Source: Candidatus Omnitrophota bacterium (GTDB taxonomy: Bacteria > Omnitrophota > Gorgyraeia > 2-01-FULL-45-10). From it: a DNA stretch of 64,000 bases. Positions 51,201-56,267 of the stretch are shown piece after piece. The translations under genes and the position numbers were made by a program. The DNA lies in contig JAGVGJ010000010.1 of the NCBI GenBank assembly GCA_020057115.1, forward strand, positions 615 to 64,614, given 5' to 3'. The notes under the pieces were generated by a model. That model ran no database searches and was not told the origin of the DNA. It saw only the letters and a list, made by a program, of their open reading frames with translations. Position 1 is the stretch's first letter. Each line of letters starts with the position of its first letter.

Positions 51201-54138
51201 AGCCAAACTTCTTTTGAATGCATCAGGCATGATCACGCGGCTAGGCGATCGTCACCTGAAGAGCGTCAAGGGCTTCCTTGAAATGGCGATGAGCCATCTC
51301 AGGATCAGGGAAGCGGATGCGATATCTATAGCCACTCATTGCAATAATTCCGGTCTCAACTGGGTATGGGTAGAGTCTTTAAAACGGGATTCCAGGATCA
51401 GGAACTTGGCCATTTCAGCCCTGAAGAGCATAGAAAGAAAAGACCGCAGGTCCGCGCTAGGCGCTATAAAGGGTATCACAAGATTAAATGAGATAAAGAA
51501 TGAGCCGGAATATAAGCCCATTTATAATATCCTCTGGCCTGTAGTAAAAGCCATAGAGGAAAATAAAAAGCCTCTCGAAAGCGCTATAGCCCCGCTCAAC
51601 CTCGTGTTGGAAAAATATAATAATTCGCGCCTTCTGCACAATATGCTTAGAGAATACAGGGATAAGCTTGTCGAAAAAGAGATGGCGTCGCTCGAACCTA
51701 TTGACAGGGATGCGTTCCTGAAAGATATATTTGACATGTCTGCAAAACAGAGCGACTTCCCCAAAACACCTAATCCGGTCCAGGCCCGCGCCAGATGGTG
51801 GGCAAAGCTACACCAGGCGGTGAATATACCGCTTATGATAGACGATCCTGTCAAACGCGGAGAGCGCATCCCTAATCCGGTATTTGAGGCGGCTTCGGAC
51901 TATGCGTATATCCTGGAATTCGGGAAATTGGATGAGCTGGTGAAGATGCCATTCATGCAGGCCGCTAAGCTCGGTGTGACAAGGCCGTATCTGGAGAATA
52001 TACTGAAGCGCCGGCCTTATAGCCATTTGATCCGTACGGATATGCCGAACCTTGTAGCGGCGCTATCCAAAGATTATGGCCTTGATCCTGACCAGGCAAG
52101 ACTTCTTGATGGATGTATCAGGATAGAAGAGTTTAGCGGCGCCACGCCTGCGGTTACGGCCGGGCCTCAGGTTCCTTCGATAGTTTCGCCTTTAAAGGTG
52201 CTTGATGGTATGCGGATAACAGATGAAAAGAGAGAGTCCTTCAGGCTGCGCATAGGGCGGTCGCTGAATAATAATAAATACTCGGACACCATATTCATCA
52301 CAAGAGAATCGGATGGCGAGTCGGTAGGCATGATAGAGACCATAGTGGCTGAGGATAGCAAAACCGGCTCGTGGTCGATAGAGCTTGGCCTTGCCAAGAT
52401 AAATCAAGACGTAAAAGGAACGAACTATAGGAATAGAGGCATATTCCTTAGAGTTATGAACCTCTTGGGCAAGGTCATACCCGAAGGGTCTGAGATGAGC
52501 ATAACCTCTGTCGAAGAGACCAGGACATTAAAGACCCTTGCCGGAGGAAAGAGCTGGTATCAGACCATGATGGGCAAGACATTATACAGGAGCGGCTGGA
52601 AGCTGCAGGAACTATTCATATTCGACAGGGGCAGCTCCAGTACTTATGTCTCTTTCGACAGGCTGGAGAAATGGAAAAGCGATTTTCCTGTAGATAAGGG
52701 CGGTTTTCAAAGCGCGCTCGCTCAGGCGATAAAGGATATCGACAAGACCGATGCGATAGATGATGCTACCGTAGGCGCGGTGTTATCTAAGATAGATAGG
52801 AGCGCAGTGGCTGAGGGCAAGGCCCGTATTGTGCAGCAAGCCGATAAAGGCATTCCTTCCGACAAACAACTTGTATGGATAAACATCCATGGTTTCGTTG
52901 ACCAGGCCAAAGGGCCTTTAGAGAAGAGGATACGGGAATCGATCGCAAAACAAGGTCTTATAAAGAATATACATGATGTCAGCTTGGGAGTGCTTCCCGA
53001 TGAAGTGCGTTCGCACGTGAAGAGCGTATTGGAAGACGAGGCCAAGCCTGTAAGCAATATAGTGCTATCGGGACATTTCTTTGCTACGATCTCGGAATAC
53101 CCCGGATGTATCGAGAGCGCGATACGGGGCGTCTGTGATGCGCTTGGGACCAGCGGCTATAGGATCATCCTGCCGCTCGACCTGATAGATAATAGCGATG
53201 AGACGGTCACGCCCGCCGATCTGGTATTTCTTTTGGGATTCACCCAGTTAGATAAAGAGAATAGCCTCGTATATATAGATGATGCTCCTGTGGCCAAATG
53301 GAGCGAGGCCAAGGCGGATAAAGGCGCTCCTGTCGAGGTCAGGTTATATACCACAAGTGAAAAGATGAAGGCGTATCTTGAAAAGAACGATGTCTCTGCG
53401 GGATCTTCGCGTGCGCCGGAGAGCAAAACATTGCCGGTGCCGAAAGAATCTCCCGAAATATTGTTCGCCAGATTTATGTCGAAGGCGGATATGATAAAAT
53501 ATTCCGCAGGCCAGGCGCTCGAAGGGTTTAGGCCGGGAGAATTCATAAAAGAGAAGGGCCTGATACTTTACGCCGACAGCATCCTTGAACATGGCGCTGT
53601 TGCAGAACTTGAAGATGCCTTGAAGAATACAGGGATATTTAATGAGATGAACATAGTGGTATATGGAAAGAAGCCCGGCATGGCCTGGCTCCTTGAAAAG
53701 ATAATAAGAGGGGCGAATAGCACAGTCAATGTAATAACCGTAAGCGAGGCAGATCTTATAGAAAAGTCCGGCACCAAAGAGATATACATAGATGAGACAA
53801 AGGAGCTTGATTCTATAATCAAATATGCCGGAGCCAAGGGGATAAATAACGGGAACCTCCTCGGCGTCATAAAGGGCTCTACGGCAGCCGCAAGCATAGG
53901 GAAGATAAGAGAGCTCTTAAGCGAGCGCAAGGTCCCGGTCGTCTCATTCGAATCCGCTGATGGCGTATACTCATTTGCAGCGGCCATCGGCATATTAGCA
54001 AAGTTAAAGAATAACATCGACCCGAAGATGAACAACTACTTCGCGGTACTTCCTCCGATAAAGAAGCTTTCGATAGAGTTGGACAGGACCTACCGGGAAT
54101 ACAGGGAAGCGCTCAAGAAGCTCCTCTCAAGCGCCTAA
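39244..54138 (+). CDS. Giant (4964 aa) multidomain protein: signal-peptide-like N-terminus, TMs, PAS-GGDEF, two His-kinase + cytidylate-kinase-like units, repeated metallo-motif modules, TPR-, GNAT- and cysteine-hydrolase-like regions
   Basis: Uninterrupted 14.9-kb ORF, TTG start; motifs DLDDFK.VND.HGH..GD / ADEALY.AK..GK, HDL..K, EEL.KNA, DxGKG, GxGYGL, GxRGSGR[ST]. Confidence 0.9.
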   Translation: MKTNRQIKKFPLFIRIIATILLVTFLVQDIAWAHPDPFTKDPSRHATLAPEPMFDHPEDKVTAISTLLQSKIESHGVFKGNVSLTAVEHILDLEDISKWCDENKIAISTEHTFTGKPTEIRLVMPHGRVLRYYDPNIKTHENKDTAARGTVVRINANLSKQAIESNDFYKKNSQVGTTSTHVDLQAAIRKEKSSAHISPFQKVHPSLYERISNYGLIAVSAGLILAYWLIDTIAYMYVFSDSDVLSALMPSDPYRYFTRAVTACMIFLFGSVIQFFVNRNKKRSIALSERNHMFFQVFMDMGVAAHRLDISGNILDVNTKWCEWMGYKREEVIDRPIFDFIDPEHRGNARDRLLGRIRGFTEVEIPQRTGDRRYIRKDGTAILSDTFHTILKDRFGRPIEILTQFRDITEQRSMEKELEKSLKELKLVSDTDKLTGAYSRNFWDRQFNAILEAFSRTKIPISAIMCDLDDFKIVNDTHGHATGDEVLKEYARVMLADRRKTDFVIRAGDKGDEFIIILFNTDAKGASIAANRILENLATDHNVLSPDGKPISIRASMGVAQFREGQTKEDLVKAADEALYIAKQSGKSKVVVTAPSSALSEGDASPESKMAFKRVVENIRTKPRKYSDITISEKFISNMAEIRNRLRKLGIEDILGDLRDLRVLTTDAVVLGHGDFSVGFYSKAEDDKNNLISVLGEDGFNKLFPRPTLVLPREMFDEYDELIQQDYILHRIICHSKGHHTSMFIQQAVYPENYNYGAYEEEAGKKYMPGCKGDPSKPFKGRTGEAIQNIINAITKDPITTVIMHDLKNKIQGGYVLDLVLNKYKKDGSALSEDLLMLKKYRDMMGSMGKTTLSFYANGANETEAITALSDMLPELKKMTTAIKLKLRYGAFDYDMEDKEKIAIVIKNSEEGVVPGINTAINMLGRSPEEIDVGRFIEDIISRAKSIFIIPENTRVDLSIPSEVRRLSGILTYKLILKLTLEELLKNASVDGQANRIKVSVSATSEGELKVMVRDYGKGMSEESLKRLFMPGNAAVEDKRYGSGYGLAVLKEAIDSVGGTIIYDNKVTDGPSFTFTLPLDAPLDKLKRRALKEPLMVAMCGRRGSGRSTVGRMIAATFGLRYVNSGFILRAVLYKLIEAKKRGSPVDLGDPKAVGAFAQDFFEKKRIDYSKEPVGIDGVDSASILVDGLSLRDKIKMLISNKEFTDGQSNEEWMHRVAGYKTVDEALENFIRTLAVETKAYGKYNGIIRMASDPVKNEDIINIMLDAPTYIRAKRSNTPIEEIEKLDSATGRKSMTGRYARVDMMIDTAHLTVRQAAIQAIRYIDARVLSKEAADGFISQGDAAFTRMAENIASGKVVDATHDPRIVLDIERLKNRLGLRSIDDLMGAGSAVRILVTNDVVINEKDFALGLYSESPAVKARLIQVMGEEKFKLAFPRPTLVLTTEVLLNKDENIRQEYIYHEAICHAKGHYEAILAQQKVFPKNYTGDCEEGANGLKYVRGFAGVKDKPFKGRLGSALTATIKMATDPIIREVLHDLNSKFSTAGGFALYSVLKRYSEEEIEADKRLKLLKEYCALTLELRNACIGYLSGEATMSDVMDIFNEHLKRFTSLTSSITERFNNNEYNDTERSKNGMKVLVEYSGVSINLMNRAMNWIGRSMDSVDVEGYLANIIGSYRASLKESATHGNKYVEINDAKISPEARRLKDIFTYKEVLRMTIEELVKNALKYSGTDSIDIEASLTKDGDLEFKVIDHGKGIPADTLKKLFTPGFTEAKDSRIGTGYGLVSLKDAIGSVGGSINVESKVGEGTTFIFTLPANGEIGALNRPKLYDPIIVAVSGLRGSGRTVVSRWIASRLGLRYINPRFMMRAMVATLLEARKNGRAIDLKDGDAVAAFAEEFFGKRRLDYSVEPVKLDGVDTSVPDEKDGLSLRDKIKTEIDDGITDGEPNTTILDNIAHYKGVQAALEKFIKSIASEVRASGKYNGVIRPGTEPVKDNEVINIMLDASSYIRASRANRGMDWIASKDELTDRKNMADKHPYIDIIDTSYSTVEETGARALGYIMGHIPITDGMVRKGDKAFRRMVGNVIAGNFAETGLMVAPDLENVAKITGASCMEELIGSDKPLRVLVTNAVVLNQSDFSFGFYSHAPPIMAKIISLVGEDTFNSTFPEPTLILSAEILANPSPQIRQEHILHEIFCHTKGHSPAVFEEQRLFPGNYSAGTFEERGSKKYIAGYAWNEAMPFDGAFGDALRQVIDKKLATTTTGEFARPKGKEHTKTSAAFMTADLIAQAEKLKTTSMQEQACALILKALSIVAESDQPVPYENIANIRAFIWDERSSGHVPVNFDVLLPVIDEYMNDCNLTKFRIKLSALRKHIESTYTNILAMYIYKQLSHLFFNSLPTITRFTILISSRKYPNDPSLKEMIELSSEMDRSMRNLGDESNRLRSVDSLMNFLTVSDESLSRQRALLDAFRAEHPELLRLDSRLRGNIEAINAELEKLARARSLLALTLGNKPSLEEIAERVDLVVAKMETGVKTPRIAWVGGLVPYSNTLSTVKEGEPVKVSMRVYIPGFTPQEIDSKTGIKKFAEGFIRAEIWTNAISDPEASSVEAFKPIDMRFDGVGGREGHDYIFTGFIPAKYASQIDSNGRPKEFRFTARAAIKNELGGIEGEWAYSDNPYKTNVNWHGDGRIVVLSRDPEEDRGNLVGRVFSDTNGKDQVTHKISGRIEKGFLNNDYLVLYGEDGKVLYAKDGKEARVKLESPAVKTDLGYIVYMLEPNDHIHGFASRDKVFMADFMFYDRVLSYHEMKEAYYSVHPDEVPEGIEPHTYLRGCGKGIRNTAAYAVRYENLDKNFTAGQLKTWMKNSLAPEDRGTDSEMRLIEHNASKGKKGMELLYGEQDRVFGPKANMRATEKISGKIKNRNDYSLSRDKVVLVVELMKLRPEAFPNSIDATVKMLGEGFDVFKKYDFQGHTPVDAAHYHSDYKKWHGALLKLIESDPSVPAHFDSISMSSLLEALRDQYGYINAKLNWAWAIEGMWKDTLDGMEKYPRESQMARFKGLGIFKRHDDFMKDYAGSYYIENDDAVNKAMKAVEETLGFINSRVPSIFVKDEKPDGSAPVAAIKKNAPLGERAINFMKSGRASEIAQFVALAFIISIALSWVLPANWLTLSIAIIVPITLFFLLPWTWKTLLVNVAISVVLWYWLPLPWFGLSMAILTIANVAKHNIKLKPHLKPEAVPAERSVLEEKKAEKILSDITIDREILARILKAIEVSKEGTDKADANDALKKLDDADIITQLFDFGSGTKGYEKPVKETKEKLRLGVRRAFDDIKGGLNIEYKDMIERLKNWKNENDEALAGALQDLSQEVMDFIINSNHAADNKVDRLAVRELIAEECGIDAARSETIRLRMALDVQKDDVASNEMIGSASANDHFFLAALQLKFGNYIKAEESFGRAVDLDPTNADYRLALGLVEHIFRKWMAARTAYNAASNFYDIEAGVSKAAKAKKELAEFLREKARAEAPLIMEKKTNGNLIGKLFIDKAATVQIKEGVIAKEEMGILKFFAPNGDILYTKSGVPAAVKLTGQIIKTKSGHQIKIVEDNEHIRGFADKDNAYLADSFAKNPIAKYHELQESHYAAHPEELPKGVNSHTYIRGCGNDAREALRTSRKKDLQDITADDLIKYLKKRLPKERHNENEFNLIRYNGEQGRKGLDLIYGLQDREFGVEANELFSDALIILEKPEPAAQAAPKTQLRTADEVLFRDYFEDLFEKNIEMFMLLSVRMMGSDAEKKSVLKRRNALVQELLALTDKYRSQDFAKEEYRKVVTFVNEKILRTVELVDGDNEPAAAWCLFGAINVISDTRLEMQAKWLSGIKERRARIWRNGGILTYPRGGYRILEGSKRTVIDRTEATFSSMWEVMRSLFHQVDGELEEKRKVSGLIYEIDGFMLELFDKNYELNDDERAAMSKKIGLLAASMAKEKGELKYEDKRIAKLLLNASGMITRLGDRHLKSVKGFLEMAMSHLRIREADAISIATHCNNSGLNWVWVESLKRDSRIRNLAISALKSIERKDRRSALGAIKGITRLNEIKNEPEYKPIYNILWPVVKAIEENKKPLESAIAPLNLVLEKYNNSRLLHNMLREYRDKLVEKEMASLEPIDRDAFLKDIFDMSAKQSDFPKTPNPVQARARWWAKLHQAVNIPLMIDDPVKRGERIPNPVFEAASDYAYILEFGKLDELVKMPFMQAAKLGVTRPYLENILKRRPYSHLIRTDMPNLVAALSKDYGLDPDQARLLDGCIRIEEFSGATPAVTAGPQVPSIVSPLKVLDGMRITDEKRESFRLRIGRSLNNNKYSDTIFITRESDGESVGMIETIVAEDSKTGSWSIELGLAKINQDVKGTNYRNRGIFLRVMNLLGKVIPEGSEMSITSVEETRTLKTLAGGKSWYQTMMGKTLYRSGWKLQELFIFDRGSSSTYVSFDRLEKWKSDFPVDKGGFQSALAQAIKDIDKTDAIDDATVGAVLSKIDRSAVAEGKARIVQQADKGIPSDKQLVWINIHGFVDQAKGPLEKRIRESIAKQGLIKNIHDVSLGVLPDEVRSHVKSVLEDEAKPVSNIVLSGHFFATISEYPGCIESAIRGVCDALGTSGYRIILPLDLIDNSDETVTPADLVFLLGFTQLDKENSLVYIDDAPVAKWSEAKADKGAPVEVRLYTTSEKMKAYLEKNDVSAGSSRAPESKTLPVPKESPEILFARFMSKADMIKYSAGQALEGFRPGEFIKEKGLILYADSILEHGAVAELEDALKNTGIFNEMNIVVYGKKPGMAWLLEKIIRGANSTVNVITVSEADLIEKSGTKEIYIDETKELDSIIKYAGAKGINNGNLLGVIKGSTAAASIGKIRELLSERKVPVVSFESADGVYSFAAAIGILAKLKNNIDPKMNNYFAVLPPIKKLSIELDRTYREYREALKKLLSSA

Positions 54139-54687
54139 TAATTTTGCTTCATGCAGTTTTGTGTATATCGAGCCTTTAGGGGTAAGCGTGCTCTTAAATA
54201 AGACGATCTCATTTATCTTGCAGCTTACAGCTGATAGCTTATAGCTTAACATCTTTTCTTTCAGCTTCTCTTTATTTTTTGGAGAGCGGACCCTTCCTAT
54301 CGTAAGATGAGCGGCGAATGACCTCGTCTCTTTCTCGAATCCCAGCTTAGACAGCGCCTCATCTACTTTTTCTGCAATTATTTTCAATTCACCGGCGCCT
54401 TTATCGATGCCGCCCCAGACGACTCTCGGATATTCAATTTTAGGAAATGCGCCCAGGTCTTTGATCGTAGTTTCGAAGGGTCTTGTCCCGGAGGCTATGT
54501 TATCAAGAATAGCTTTTATTTCTTCGACCTTCTTCTCATCCACCTCGCCTAAAAATTTCAGAGTAAGGTGGATATTATCCTTCTCGACCCATTTCACATC
54601 AGCTCCGGAATATTTAAGGTGGGCCTCTGCCTGGGCGAGGGATTCTTTGATCTCTTCGGAAAAATCTATGGCGATGAAAATGCGCAT
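54127..54687 (-). CDS. thpR: RNA 2',3'-cyclic phosphodiesterase
   Basis: MRIFIAI, HLTLKFLGE, HLTIGR, S.LTPKGSIY; 12-nt convergent overlap with the giant gene. Confidence 0.95.
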   Translation of the reverse strand: MRIFIAIDFSEEIKESLAQAEAHLKYSGADVKWVEKDNIHLTLKFLGEVDEKKVEEIKAILDNIASGTRPFETTIKDLGAFPKIEYPRVVWGGIDKGAGELKIIAEKVDEALSKLGFEKETRSFAAHLTIGRVRSPKNKEKLKEKMLSYKLSAVSCKINEIVLFKSTLTPKGSIYTKLHEAKLLGA

Positions 54688-54692
54688 AATTT

Positions 54693-54722
54693 AGGGTCCA
54701 GAGGCCAGGGTCAAGGGTCCAG
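54693..54722 (+). repeat. Solo heptamer tandem array (AGGGTCC)n
   Basis: AGGGTCC AGAGGCC AGGGTCA AGGGTCC AG between cinA and thpR. Confidence 0.85.
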
Positions 54723-54739
54723 TAAATGAATAAAATGGA

Positions 54740-55870
54740 TTATATGTTTCGTCTGATCATGTCCAGTGCGATCTGGGATGCCTGGAATTTCACTTCTTCG
54801 CGCGAGCCTTTGAACCTTAGCTCACGGACAACCTTCTTATTCTTTGCGGCGAGGGCTATGTAGACTAGACCCATCGGTTTTTTCTTCGTGCCGCCTGTCG
54901 GGCCTGCGATACCGGTTATCCCTACGCCGATATCAGAGCCGGCCTTTATGCGTATGCGATCTGCCATGGCAAGCGCGACAGGTTCCGACACTGCGCCAAA
55001 GTCTTTTATTAATATCTCAGGCACTCCGAGTATATCAATTTTAGCCGCATTAGAATATGTGATAAGTCCCATTAAAAAATAGTCCGAGCTCCCGCTTATA
55101 TTTGTGATGCGGTGGGCGAGAAGGCCCCCGGTGCAGGATTCGGCTGTAGCTATGGTCAGGCGTTTTTTGGAAAGGATCTTTCCGACAGCGCTTTCAAGCG
55201 TTTCGTCATCGTATCCGAATATCCGGTCTTTTAATTTTAGGCGTATCTTTCTTTCTATTTTTGCTATGGATCTTCGCGCAGCAGCTTTATCATTAGCCTT
55301 TGACATTATCTTGAGCTCGACCTGGCCAAGCTTGGCATAGATGCCCACGGTCGTAGGCGGCTTTAGTGCGAGGAGGTCTTTCACAAGGCCATTTACCTGC
55401 GATTCGGCAAGGCCCGTGGTCTTTATCGAGCGCGATATCATCGATACTTTTGCTCCGGACAGCCTCTTCAGGTAGGGGATGATATCTTTTTCGAACATCG
55501 GCTCTATCTCTCTAGGGGGGCCGGGCAAGGCGATGAGCGTCTTTCCTATATATTCTGTGATAAGCCCCGGAGCAGTGCCCACATTATTCCTTATCCACTT
55601 TACGCCTTTGCGCTTGATGAGCCTTGCGATCGTCTCGATGGTGATATCATCTACCGTGGGGCCGAGGCCGCCGGAAGTTATGACTATATCAGAACGAGCC
55701 GCAGCCTTCTTTATCGCTTCTTCCAGGCGTCCGGGATTATCGCCGACGGTGGTCTGGTAGTATACGTCGATGCCTATCTCGGCAAGTTTTTGAGACAGGA
55801 ATGCAGCGTTCGTATTAACTATATGTCCGAGCAAAAGTTCCGTGCCTATCGCGATTATCTCAGCTTTCAT
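54740..55870 (-). CDS. cinA: CinA (MoCF-like domain + PncC NMN amidohydrolase)
   Basis: IGTELLLG..NTN, GGLGPT.DD, LPGPP.E, AESCTGG, ITGIAGP.GG. Confidence 0.95.
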   Translation of the reverse strand: MKAEIIAIGTELLLGHIVNTNAAFLSQKLAEIGIDVYYQTTVGDNPGRLEEAIKKAAARSDIVITSGGLGPTVDDITIETIARLIKRKGVKWIRNNVGTAPGLITEYIGKTLIALPGPPREIEPMFEKDIIPYLKRLSGAKVSMISRSIKTTGLAESQVNGLVKDLLALKPPTTVGIYAKLGQVELKIMSKANDKAAARRSIAKIERKIRLKLKDRIFGYDDETLESAVGKILSKKRLTIATAESCTGGLLAHRITNISGSSDYFLMGLITYSNAAKIDILGVPEILIKDFGAVSEPVALAMADRIRIKAGSDIGVGITGIAGPTGGTKKKPMGLVYIALAAKNKKVVRELRFKGSREEVKFQASQIALDMIRRNI

Positions 55871-55878
55871 ATATTCGG

Positions 55879-55907
55879 ATTATATATCATTGTCGTCGGA
55901 GGGTCAA
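55879..55907 (-). promoter_or_regulatory. cinA promoter, probably near-leaderless
   Basis: Minus strand TTGACC-N17-TATAAT, 8 nt before the ATG, no SD. Confidence 0.6.
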
Positions 55908-55958
55908 GGATATTGCAAAATGTAGCGGTAAGATAAAAAAAAGCTAGCTGTCTTGCTA

Positions 55959-55987
55959 TTGTAGATGTCGAGTATTATAGGTATACT
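55959..55987 (+). promoter_or_regulatory. Promoter upstream of the riboswitch-like leader
   Basis: TTGTAG-N17-TATACT. Confidence 0.5.
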
Positions 55988-56018
55988 TATAATTGAAAGA
56001 AGAAAGATGTTCTTTGCA

Positions 56019-56162
56019 ACTCGAATACAATCGCAAACCCGAGGAAACTCGGCGACGTCCCACCAAAAATGCTGGGACCGCGCCTACGCGAAAACGCGGG
56101 CGTGGCAAAACTACAGGGCCTAACCCTCCAGCACGGAGATAATGGCAGCCAGTTGCCGTAGT
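56019..56162 (+). promoter_or_regulatory. c-di-GMP-I (GEMM)-like riboswitch variant with a 48-nt two-hairpin insertion
   Basis: GCAAAC, CCGAG-GAAA-CTCGG, GAC...GCAAAAC TACAGGGCCTAA...ATGGCAGCCAGTTGCCG match the GEMM pattern. Confidence 0.78.
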
Positions 56163-56199
56163 AAAAGCTTACGTTAAAGCTAAATTGAGGAGTGTATCT

Positions 56200-56240
56200 A
56201 TTTCCAATCGATATGACGTTGGTTGGGATTTTTTTTATTT
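56200..56240 (+). terminator. Intrinsic terminator (riboswitch expression platform)
   Basis: CCAATCGA/TTGGTTGG G-U-rich stem followed by a T8 tract upstream of the PEP-CTERM gene. Confidence 0.6.
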
Positions 56241-56267
56241 GTAAGATCCAAAGTCCAGGAGATGAAT

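Noticed and set aside
56051-56098. Short matches (GCGACGTC, TACGCGAA; also GTTCGCGT at 60765) between the GEMM RNAs and the 8.9-9.3 kb element core
   Set aside because: Only 8-nt matches in different structural contexts; compatible with chance
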